Below are positions 48,833-60,029 of a stretch of DNA of 64,000 nucleotides, piece by piece. The position numbers and the translations under genes are program-made. The DNA is taken from the NCBI RefSeq assembly GCF_902713615.1, contig NC_052175.1:310001-374000 (forward strand). Direction: 5' to 3'. The notes beneath the pieces were generated by a model. The model was not told where the DNA came from. It worked only from the letters and a program-made list of their open reading frames with translations, and made no database searches. The stretch comes from Scyliorhinus canicula. Its lineage: Eukaryota. Within the stretch, counting starts at the first letter, position 1, and each line of letters begins with the position of its first letter.

Positions 48833-48989
48833 ATCTGCAGGAGAATGGGGATGAGAAAATAGCAGCCATGATTGAATGGCGGATCAGACACGATGGGCCG
48901 AGTGGCCTAATTCTGCTCCTATGTCTGATGCTCTTGTGTTGGACAGAAAGGGTTTCCATTGTGAAATATTGAGATTGAGTCGCTCACTA

Positions 48990-50525
48990 GACAGCGTGCA
49001 TTGGCTGGACAGGGCGGATTGGCTGAGGAAACGGGCGGAGCTCGATGATTCCCTCATGAGAATATGAACGACAGGGTTCAAGCTCCCTGATATATCGCAG
49101 ATTGAGATCCCAGATTGGTTGAGTCTCCTGCGTCTCAGGGGATAAAGCTCCCTGAGTGGCTGGAGCAGCTGTCATTCAGCAGAGAGAACCTCTGTTTGAC
49201 CGCGGCGGCTGTCAGTCAGCCGGTGGAGACTCTGATGGCTGCAGTAAGTCAGCGTGTGGAGCCTCTGGTTGGATGCTGCGGCTGTCACTCAGCGGATGGA
49301 ATCTCTGATTAGCTGAGGCGGCTGTCAGTCAGCGGGCGAACTACGGTGGCCCACTGTTTGACACTGTAGCGTCACATTTCCAGGGACCCGGGTTCAAATC
49401 CCGCCTCGGGTCACTGTCTGTGCGGAGTTCTTACTTTTCCCCGTGTCTGCATGGATTTCCTCCGGGTGCTCCGGTTTGCTCCCACAGTCCAAAAATGGCC
49501 ATGCTAAATTGTCCCTTAGTGTCCAAATGGTTAGGTAGGGTTACTGGGTTATGGGGTAAGGATGGAGGTTTGGGCTTAAGTAGGATGCTCTTTCAAAGGG
49601 CCGATGGACACTCGATGGGCTGAATGGCCTCCGTCTGCACTGTCGGGATTCTGTGACCTCCGATTCCTGCAGGGTGTCAGTCAGCTGCCAGAATCTCTGT
49701 TTCGTTGCGGTGGTCGTCATTCAGCGGGCGGAATCTCTGATTGGCTACGGCGGCTGTATGTCAGCGTGTTGCACCGCTGTTGGTTTCGGCGGCTGTCAAT
49801 CTGCGGGCGGAATCTCTGATTGGCAGAGGCGGGCCTTAGCCTGAAGTTGGGCTCCCCGATTGGCTGCGTTGGCTGTCAGGCTGAAAGCGGAGTCTCATAT
49901 TCACTGAGGCTTCAAGTCGGCAGTATACCGAGCACTCTGATTGGCTGTGGCAGCTCAATGTCTGAAAGCCGCGTGTGGGATTAGCTGAACGTTCTGCAAA
50001 TCAGTATTCCGCTTTCCCTGATTAAATTATCCGGATGTCAATAAACGGGCTGGGTCCCTGATTGGGTTCACGGTGTTGCTAGCCAGTACGATCGACTTCT
50101 GATTGACTGAGGGGCTGGTATACAGCCGATCAATCTTCGTGATTGGCTCGGGCTTGTCATTCAGCGGCTGCGGCTCCTGATTGGTTATGTGGCTGTCAGC
50201 GACATGAGCTCCTGATTGGATGATGGGCTGTCAGATGCTGAAGCCCCTGATTCCCTATGGAGCTATCAACGACTGGAGCTCCTGATTGGCTATGGGGCTG
50301 TCAGCGACTGGAGCTCCTGATTGGAGGAGGTTCTGTCATTTACTAACTGGAGTTCCTGATTCGGTAAGGGGCTGGCACTCCACGGCTGGAGTTCCTGATT
50401 GGTTGAGACTGTCCGTCAATGGCTAGAGCTCCTGAATGCCTGAGTGGCTGTCAGACAATGGTTACAGTTCCAGATTAGCTGAGAGGCTGCCAGTCAGCGT
50501 TTGCCGCTCCTGATTAGCTGAGTTA
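48990..50525. repeat. Degenerate tandem array, unit about 35-40 bp, rich in CTGATTGG; interrupted by a SINE at about 49334-49656
   Basis: Approximate consensus gcggctgtcagtcagcgggcggaatctctgattggctga; exact CTGATTGG at 49737, 49816, 49937, 50058, 50177, 50212, 50282, 50317 and 50395. Confidence 0.85.
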
Positions 50526-50528
50526 GTT

Positions 50529-51424
50529 TTATTTGCCCATTATTTTAATAATTACATTAACCAGATATTTCACAGCGATCTTGATCTGCTCCCTGAACCT
50601 GGACTGTGTCACCACATAAAAAAATGTGTTTGTGCAACAATTTAATTCCTGCAGCATCCATCCGACGTGTTGTAAATTGGTTTGAGCATATGTGAGGGAA
50701 ACAAAATTAGCCAAATCCAAATAGAAAAATTTAATAACAGACACGGTCCAGAGGAGACTGAAAGTTAAGGAGATGCTGAAGAGTAACACCATTGATCTCC
50801 TTCTGCTCTCCATCTCTGGGTCTTTACGATTGTCTCCCTGACTCTGAGCCCTCAGTGCTTTCCGGCCTCTACTGGTGAGCAAAATGTGTCTGACTGTCAG
50901 AGCGTTGATCAAAAGTATTAAACCGAATGGGATCAATGGGGTTAAAACTTGAGAAAACCAGTTAAATACAACCCACACGGGGTCAGAGTAAAAGCTGCTC
51001 TTTTTCAGACACTCCCATTGGACATTGTCGATTATCTTTGCAGGTTCCTTTGTAAAGTCCCGGGGGATGTTTTTTCCACAGAGCAGGAAGCCGCTTGTTG
51101 ACAGAACCACAGCCGCAGTTTTCCCGGTGCAATATTTAGTTTTCAAATTCTGGAAGCGAATGGCCACAAATCGATCAAATTAGAAAGTGAGGGTGAACCA
51201 GAGAGAACAGTCCCTGGCTGCAGACAAAAAGACAGCTCGCACCAAACACACAGCGGTCAGGTCCAAGAAATTCCAAGGGAAATAGTAATAGTTGATCATG
51301 TTCAGTATGGGTTTCGTGATAATAAACATCAGATCTGCCGTTGCCATAGCCACCATGTAGCGCGTGGTGCAGGTAGAGAGGCCACACTTTCCCCGACATA
51401 GAATTGCAATTCCCAGTAAATTAG
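50529..51424 (-). pseudogene. GPR139-like GPCR copy 2, exon 2; complete 7TM body with one in-frame TAA
   Basis: Acceptor ttttctttcggacag|ctaat; ANLLGIAILCRGKCGLSTCTTRYMVAMATADL...WFTLTF*FDRFVAI...NTFFYVVTQSRFREQ...IMGK*; premature stop at 51180-51182. Confidence 0.92.
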
Positions 51425-52399
51425 CTGTCCGAAAGAAAAGGGAGAAAAGCCTGAAAATTACTGATTAAACTTTCTCCCTGCCTGAACCGAGACAGGATTT
51501 CAGCATCTATAAAATGGACAGTGGGTGGATTTGCGTGTTGGTCGAGGAGAGAGTACATAGATCAACATTGCAGAGAGGAAAGTAGCAAATGGAATGCAAA
51601 TGTTTCTGTCGGGGGATGGGGAAAAGTGTAAATTGCAGCACTGTCAATTTGATGTCAATGGTAGGAACATTTTCAAAATTCAAATACCTTTGGGAGAGGT
51701 TACATTTCTCAGTGAGCCTGATTTACAGGGTTCACTCAGATTGCCCTGGTCCAACATACTAGTGATTGTCATTTCTCCTCAATCCAAATTATTCGACCAC
51801 ACCGTGGATTTGACAGTTCCCTGACCAAGATTCCTGATGCATTTTCACTCCGTGCATTGATTTTTGGAACCCTACATGATGAATGGAAACAAACAAGCGC
51901 AGGATTTTCCAGGTTCATAATCCTGAACGAATAGAGCCTAACCAGTTTCCAGAACCTTCTCATGACAGACCTTTCCCATGTTCAGACATTCGTCTTGTAC
52001 CTTCTCCCAGGATTAATCCAGTACCAATTTCTGGACATCAACACATCAGACTATTCCCAGGAATACATCCTCTCCAAGTTGGGAAACAATCAAAGATACG
52101 CATTGCTCAGTCTTAATAGATTCGGACTGTTTCCATTGGAAGTATGGATATTGGCGGATGACCTGATAGAGGTCTACAAGACTATGAGCGCATGGGTAGA
52201 GTGGATGGACAGGCACTCTTTCCCAGGGTGGACGGGTGAGTCGCCATGGGGCTTAGGTTGAAGATGCGTGCGGTAATGTTCAGAGGAGATGTGCGAGGCA
52301 GGTTTTTTATGCACATGGCAGTGAGTACCTCGAACTCGTCGTCAGGGGATGTTGTGGAGGCAGATACATTAACGTCCTTCAAAAGGCATCTCAAAAAAT

Positions 52400-53370
52400 A
52401 CATGATGTGGAGATGCCGGCGTTGGACTGAGGTAAGCACAGTAAGAAGACTCACAACACCAGGTTAAAGTCCAACAGTTTTGTTTCAAACACGAGCTTTC
52501 GGAGCGTTGCTCCTTCCTCAGGTGAATGGAGAGGTATGTTCCAGAAACATTTATATAGCCAAAGTCAGAGATGCCAGACAATGCTTGGAATGCGAGCATT
52601 TGCGGGTAATCAATTCATTACAGATCCAGAGATAGGGGTAACCCCAGGTTTCAGAGGTCTGAATTGTCTCAAGCCAGGAGAGTTGGTAGGATTTTGCAAG
52701 TCCAGGCCAGATGGTGGGGAGTGGATGTAATGCGACATGAATCCAAGATCCCGGTTGAGGCCCCACTCATGAATGCGGATCTTAGCTATAAGTTTTTGCT
52801 CGGCAATTCTGTGTTTTCGCGTGTCCTGAAGACCGCCTTGGAGAACGCTTACCCGGAGATCAGAGGCTGAATGCCCTTGACTGCTGAAGTGTTCCCCGAC
52901 TGGAAGGGAACATTCCTGCCTGGTGATTGTCGCACGATGCCCGTTCATTCGTTGTCGCCGTGTCTGCATGGTCTCGCCAATGTATCACACTTTGGTATCG
53001 TGGTCGCTGTTCTGAAGGCTGGGTAATTTGCTGCAAACAATGGTTTGTTTGATGTTGTGCGGTTGTTTGAAAGTAAGTAGTGGGGGTGTGGGGATGACCT
53101 TGGCAAGATGTACATCTTCATTGATGATGTGTTGAAGGCTGCGAAGAAGATGTCGTAGTTTCTCCTCCCCAGGAAAGTACTGGACGATAAAGTGTACTCT
53201 GTCAATTGTGTCCCGTGTTTGTCTTCTGAAGAGGTCGGTATGGTGTTTGCTGTGGCGTGTTGGAACTATCGATCGATGAGTCGTGCGCCATATCCCGTTC
53301 GTACGAGGGCATTTTCCAGCATCTGTAAGTGTCTGTTACGCTCCTCCTCGCCTGAGCAGATACTGTGTAT
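52400..53370 (-). mobile_element. Penelope-like element (RT thumb, GIY-YIG endonuclease, 3' terminus); continues at 55470-55703
   Basis: RQRMNGHRATITRQECSLPVGEHFS...IAEQKLIAK..GLNRDLGFMSHY; terminus identical to the hairpin arms. Confidence 0.9.
52484..52527 (-). ncRNA. Minimal type I hammerhead ribozyme motif in the Penelope terminus
   Basis: ttcac CTGAGGA a GGAGC aac GCTCC GAAA GC TC gtg tttgaa. Confidence 0.8.
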
Positions 53371-55469
53371 AAGAACATCAGAACATAAGAAATAGGAGCA
53401 GGAGTAGGCCATCTGGCCCCTCGAGCCTGCTCCGCCATTCAATTAGATCACGGCTGATCTTTTGTGGACACAGCTCCACTTTCCGACCCGAACACCATAA
53501 CCCTTAATCCCTTTATTCTTCAAAAAACTATCTATCTTTACCTTAAAAACATGTAATGAAGGAGCCTCAACTGCTTCACTGGGCAAGGAATTCCATAGAT
53601 TCACAACCCTTTGGGTGAAGAAGTTCCTCCTAAACTCAGTTCTAAATCTACTTCCTCTTATTTTGAGGCTATGCCCCCTAGTTCTGCTGTCACCCGCCAG
53701 TGGAAACAACCTGCCCGCATCTATCCTATCTATTCCCTTCATAATTTTAAATGTTTCTATAAGATCCCCCTCATCCTTCTAAATTTCAACAAGTACAGTC
53801 CTAGTCTACTCAACCTCTCCTCATAATCCAACCCCTTCATCTCTGGGATTAACCTAGTGAATCTCCTCTGCACACCCTCCAGCGCCAGTACGTCCTTTCT
53901 CAAGTAAGGAGACCAAAACTGAACACAATACTCCAGGTGTGGCCGCACTAACACCTTATACAATTGCAACATAACCGCCCTAGTCTTAAACTCCATCCCT
54001 CTAGCAATGAAGGACAAAATTCCATTTGCCTTCTTAATCACCTGTTGCACTTGTAAACCAACCTTCTGTGACTCATGCACTAGTACAGCCAAGTCTCTCT
54101 GAACAGCGGCATGCTTTAATATTTCATCGTTTAAATAATAATCCCGTTTGCTGTTATTCCTACCAAAATGGATAACCTCACATTTGTCAACATTGTATTC
54201 CATCTGCCAGACCCGAGCCCATTCACTTAACCTATCCAAATCCCTCTGCAGACTTCCAGTATCCTCTGCACCTTTCGCTTTACCACTCATCTTAGTGTCA
54301 TCTGCAAACTTGGACACATTGCCCTTGGTCCCCAACTCCAAATCATCAATGTAAATTGTGAGCAATTGTGGGCCCAACACGGAACCCTGAGGGACACCAC
54401 TAGCTACTGATTGCCAACCAGAGAAACACCCATTTATCCCAACTCTTTTCTTTCTATTAATTAACCAATCCTCTATCCATGCTACTACTTTACCCTTAAT
54501 GCCATGCATCTTTATCTATGCAGCAACCTTTTGTGTGGCACCTTGTCAAAGGCTTTCTGGAAATCCAGATATACCACATCCATCGGCTCCCCGTTATCTA
54601 CTGCACTGGTAATGTCCTCAAAAAATTCCACTAAATTAGTTAGGCACGACCTGCCTTTTACGAAACCATGCTGCATCTGCCCAATGGGACAATTTCTATC
54701 CAGATGCCTCGCTATTTCTTCCTTGATGATAGATTCCAGCATCTTCCCTATTACCGAAGTTAAACTCACTGGCCTATAATTTCCTGCTTTCTGCCTACCT
54801 CCTTTTTTAAACAGTGGCGTCACGTTTGCTAATTTCCAATCCACCGGGACCACCCCAGAGTCTAGTGAATTTCGGTAAATTATCACTAGTGCATCTGCAA
54901 TTTCCCTAGCCATCTCTTTTAGCACTCTGGGATGCATTCCATCAGGGCCAGGAGACTTGTCTACCTTTAGCCCCATTAGCTTGCCCATCACTCCCTCCTT
55001 AGTGATAACAATCCTCTCAAGGTCCTCACCTGTCATAGCCTCATTTCTATCAGTCGCTGGCATGTTATTTGTGTCTTCCACTGTGAAGACCGACCCAAAA
55101 AACCTGTTCAGTTCCTCAGCCATTTCCTCATTTCCCTTTATTAATACTCCCTTCTCATCCTCTAAAGGACCAATATTTACCTTAGCCACTCTTTATGTCT
55201 TATATATTTGTAAAAACTTTTACTGTCTGTTTTTATATTCTGAGCAAGTTTGCTCTCATACTCTATCTTACTCTTCTTTATAGCTTTTTTAGTAGCTTTT
55301 TGTTGCCCCCTAAAGATTTCCCAGTCCTCTAATCTCCCAGCAATCTTTGCCACTTTATATACTTTTTCCTTCAATTTGATACTCTCCCTTATTTCCTTAG
55401 ATATCCACGGTCGATTTTCCCTCTTTCTTCCGTCCTTCCTTTTTGTTGGTATAAACCTTTGCTGAGCAC
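53371..55469 (-). mobile_element. Young 5'-truncated CR1 inserted into the Penelope element
   Basis: Long ORFs 54512..55189 and 53757..54509 (KFADDTK); tail revcomp of aagaacatcagaacataag; tgtat duplicated at 53366-53370 and 55470-55474; same subfamily as 3018-4765. Confidence 0.95.
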
Positions 55470-55703
55470 TGTATACGGAGGGCTTGACCATAGGGGATGG
55501 CTTCTTTAATGTGTTTCGGGTGAAAGCAGGAGAAGTGTGGCATCGTGAGGTTATCTGTGGGTTTGCGGTAAAGCGAAGTGCTATGGTGACCGTCCTTGAT
55601 GGAGATGAGTGTGTCCAAGAATGCAACTGAATTTGGAGAATAGTCCATGGTGAGTCTGATGGTGGGATGGAATTTATTGATCTCATCGTGCAGTTGTTTC
55701 AGT
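55470..55703 (-). mobile_element. Penelope RT fragment, 5' part of the split element
   Basis: LKQLHDEINKFHPTIRLT..FLDT...LYRKPTDNL...FHPKHIKEAIPYGQALRI. Confidence 0.9.
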
Positions 55704-55934
55704 TCAAATACATGTATAGGATGAGTATAGAGGGATATGGCACTAGGAATGCTGAGGGTCATGGCCAAGGAAGGCATTATGACCCGGACAGGCCAGGATG
55801 GACGAAGGGCCTGTTCCTGTGCTGTATTGTTCTTTGTTCTTTCATATTTCCTCTCCGGTATTCGACATTTCCCATGGTTCACTTTACCGGATTCGATTAA
55901 AAATGTGGCATATTCCTAAAATAATGGCGTTCAG

Positions 55935-57860
55935 ATAGAGGAGAAAGTTCTGAGTATGACGTTGTTGAAAGTTGAGTCCTGAGGGCTGTAACATCCTAAT
56001 TGGAGGATGAGATGTTGCTCCTCAGCTGGCGTTGCACTGGATCCTTGCAGCATGTCAAGGACAGACGTATTGGCATGAGAGCAAGGTGGTGAGTTAAAAT
56101 GGACGCAATAGGAAGGCTGGCGTGATGCTTCTGGGCTGAGTGAAGGTGTTCCGCAAACAGGTCACGCAGTCTGCGTTTAGTCTCCTCAATGTCGAGGATA
56201 TGGCATTGGGAGCAGGGAATACAGTCGTCTAATTTGAAAGAAACATGAGTGAAACGCTTCTTCACCAGAAAGGAGAGTTTGCGGCCTAGGATCATGGGAC
56301 GGGAGGAGGTAAAGTGGCAGTTGTTGCACCGTCTGCGATTGCACGGGAAGTTGTCGTGCGAAGGGGAAGTGGTGTTGTGTGTTATGGAGAAGGGGACAAG
56401 GGTGTCAAAGAATAAGCGGTACCCGACGGTTGCAGAAAACGTGGGGTGTTGTTGGAAAGAGGGGAACAAAAAGAAGAATTTTTGAATGCGGAGGCCGGTG
56501 CTGTGGAAAGGAGGGATAAGGACCCTATCATGTTTCCGGGAAGGGGGGGGGGGGGGGGTTGAGCTTTGTGAAGGAAGACGTGCGAGAAGTTAAGTGAACA
56601 CAGTTGAGGGCCCTGCCAACGAAAAGCGAGGTGATGTGGGACTCGGTTAAGGTAAAGTCATGCATGCGATAAGGGCCATTTTCCAACATGGCATCAGCGG
56701 AACAGAGGCGATGGAGGCGGATAAAATGTATGAATGGAATACATTACTTTCCGGAAGCAGAGTGTGAGGATCTGTACACGAGGTTGCTGAGGATTCAGTG
56801 AGCATGTAATGAATTTCTATGGTCAGTCTATCGCTGGAAATGGCGACATATAGGTGAAAGAATGGAAGTGTGGCGAGAGACACTGTAAAGGTGGGAGAAA
56901 GGTGGAAACTGGAAGCAAAGTAATTCAGGTTTCAGTTCCAGACAGAAACATGAAGTGTCACCAATGCAGTCATCATTGAAACAGAATCTGAGATATGGGG
57001 GTGGGGGAGTGAATGGAGAAGAACATGAACAAAGAGTGTTCTACATAAACCACAGAAAGATAGATATAGCCGTGCCCAAGAGTGCACCACGACCATAGCT
57101 TTTATCTACAGGAAGTGAGACAAGTTGAAGGAGAAATTATTGAGTGACTGAACAATTTCAGAAAGGCAGAGAAAGTCGCGGAATGTCCGGGCCTCCGATC
57201 AAGGAAGAAGCTGGGAGCTTCCAAACCCTCCTGTTCGGGAACGAAGGTGTCGACTGATTGGACAACCTCTGAAAAGATTAAGCAGTTAGGGTCAGGGAAA
57301 TGGACCTTGTTTTGCATGACATACTGCACCAGACAAATCCGCAATGTCGATGGCGTGGGGCGGTACCCAGAGAGAGATAGGATGGCATCAAGATAGGTAG
57401 AATGAGTTTGGTGGGACTGGAAGATGCTGAACTAATGGAGCTTCTCGGACAGTCGTCTTTTGTGGATTTTAGGAACGAGGTAGGAGAGGAAGGATCATGC
57501 AGGGTGTGTGGTGTCGTGAGGCGATGACGCCAAAGGCGGTGGACGGAAGAACTCCAGAATCGATTAGGTCAGAAAAAGTCCTGAAAACAGTATCATGATG
57601 TTTGGTGATGGGGTCCTGGTCTTGGGGGAAGTATTAGACTGTGCCTGAGAGTTGGTGCCTGAGAGTTGGTGCTCAGCCTCTGTGAGGAAGAGGTCAGTAC
57701 GCCAGAAAATAATGGTACCATCATTGTGAGCAGCTTAAATCAACAGGTTAGGGTTGGACATTAGAGAGAGGACTGGAGCAGGTTCAGAGGGAGACAGTAG
57801 AGAGTGCGTAGGAGGGGCAGATAAATTGAGAAGGTCGATGTGGCAATGACAGATATCAAT
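55935..57860 (-). mobile_element. Second, older Penelope-like element (RT and GIY-YIG)
   Basis: FPCNRRRCNNCHFTS..., C.PCSQC.IL.IEETKRRL.D.FAEH (CCHH-type linker plus GIY-YIG); decayed RT upstream. Confidence 0.8.
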
Positions 57861-59136
57861 GAAACGATAAAGAGCAGATAGGAAGCAAGAGTGTGGGGTC
57901 CAGGTTGAGGGAGATTACTGGCGGCGAATGTATTTCAACCACAAATATTCATAAAATAGTCAGTTTTAAACAGCAGATACAATGTTTTCTATTTTCTAAT
58001 CACCAAATAAATAGTACGAAAGAATTGAAAGGCAGCAGACGGCTTCTGTTATTCTTGAATTTTAGCAGAAAATAAAACAATTCCAGAAAAAATCTCCCAG
58101 TCACGTCAATAATAGGAAAAAGTGAATTAAAATGATGAGGTAAAAATATCATAACACAGAGCAGTATAAATGGTCAACACATGTTCCAAAGTCAACATCA
58201 TTGATTGAATTAGTTCAATAACTATCGGAAATTCAAGATTTGATGAGTTTGATAGATGTTAAACAATTTGATTGTCTGAAGGTCTTCAGTAAGATCCGAC
58301 ATAACAGACGCTTGAGTCATATCGGAGACAGTGAGTTCGGGGACAAAGCAGCAGAATGGACAGCAAGCTGGAGACAAACACAGAAAACACAGATGAGGAG
58401 TTAAAGGGCTTTGTTCTGATTGGTGTAAGGTGGGAAGTGATGTTCCACAAGGATTAGCATTGGGGTCACTCTTCTTCACCATTGAGATCAATAGTATGGA
58501 ATCGGAAGCAGAATATTAATTAAAACATTAAGAGAAAAAACTAAATTTAGAGTTACAGTGAATACAGTGGAAGAATACAACTAAATACAGTAACACATTT
58601 AAAAATCATTTCTAATCTGTCAAAGAGGGTATTTCAATGGGTAATTAATTTCCCGACAGCTCAGTGACCCCTGCTGCATTTTTGTCAGAACAATAAATTT
58701 CCCAATCACTCTTTGGAAAACCAGCCTCTGAATGGACTGGAGAGGTTTCTGGGTTCAGGTGAAAAGGTTCAGAAATCTTTTGAACCTGCAGCACTGTTTA
58801 AAAACACTCTTAAAAATTGAATAAATATTGTAGGTCATTTCAGGATGAACGGAAATGAGAAAAATATCACAGAAAATATCAGAATATTGGACTGTTGTGG
58901 GTTTTAAATATTAGAGTGTGAGTGATATCTGTTTATGTTGGAGCAGTTCAATAGAAAACAGAGATATCGAGATATTTCACTCCACACAATAAATAACAAG
59001 CATCTTTACTAGACAGCCAAACTCTTCCTGTTTTCAATCAAGTCCAAGTGTAAAACAGAGATACAGAGAGAGCCAGTGAGAGAGTGACAGATAAATAGAT
59101 AGAGAGAGACGGATAGAGAGAAAGTGAGAAAGAGGG

Positions 59137-59270
59137 NNNNNNNNNNNNNNNNNNNNNNNNNNNNNNNNNNNNNNNNNNNNNNNNNNNNNNNNNNNNNNNN
59201 NNNNNNNNNNNNNNNNNNNNNNNNNNNNNNNNNNNNNNNNNNNNNNNNNNNNNNNNNNNNNNNNNNNNNN
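59137..59270. other. Assembly gap (134 N) next to a GA repeat
   Basis: Run of n characters. Confidence 1.
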
Positions 59271-59735
59271 GACCAGTCACCAATACAATACATTATTGCA
59301 AAATAGAACCAATTTAGTTCAGTCAGTTATTGACCACATTCAGTTCAGTACTACGCTGACAAATACCGCCAGTAATACTTGTTTACTGCCATTAGATATT
59401 CCACTCTGGTTCGTGATCCATACTGATCTTTCCTTCAACGAGATTGCCACTGACCCTTACTTTAGAGAGATTGCCTTCATTGAGAACCTATCTGACATTA
59501 CACAAGATTCCAGAAACTGTGACAACTTCATTAATTCGAGATCCCGCGAGTTACAAACAGAGGTTTATCTTCAGTTGATGAAACTGATTCAGACCATAGA
59601 CATATTTAAAAACATTTAATTTCAGTGAATTATATCATTGATCACGAGGTCAACATTAAATATTTTCAATCAATTTAAAATCAGAGAGCCGCTCACACAC
59701 AGATTTACATGACTTCAATAGTGATTGTCACTTAC

Positions 59736-59802
59736 CAGGAACACCAACAATGGCAACGATTGGGTAGAATATCTTTTCAGCAATCCTACCTGAAAGAAGC
59801 AT
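59736..59802 (-). pseudogene. GPR139-like GPCR copy 2, exon 1
   Basis: ATG...MLLSGRIAEKIFYPIVAIVGVP, donor ctg|gtaagt, 67 nt, phase 1; joins exon 2 to give GVPANLL. Confidence 0.88.
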
Positions 59803-59885
59803 ATTAAGTGTGATGTGATATGTCCCTATGCTGCGAACAGTCTCTCTGCCTTAAGCTCTGAGGTTACATTCTCCAGAAACCCTTA

Positions 59886-59910
59886 ATTTATACCCTGTTG
59901 AATCACGTCA
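59886..59910 (-). promoter_or_regulatory. Candidate TATA box and CRE-like site for GPCR copy 2
   Basis: Minus-strand TATAAAT at 59892-59886, 84 nt upstream of the ATG; TGACGTGA at 59910-59903. Confidence 0.5.
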
Positions 59911-60029
59911 GGAATATTTATGATGCAACATCCTTTAACTTAACTTCTAAACATATGAACAAACATATTACGACGTTAGCTTCAGTGAAAGAAAACATAT
60001 TTTAAACAGTGAATTATTTCCAAACACTG

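Noticed and set aside
49115-49844. Short ORFs with repeated AAVSQ/GGISDW in the CCAAT array
   Set aside because: A by-product of the ~39-bp period; frames break frequently and cross a SINE.
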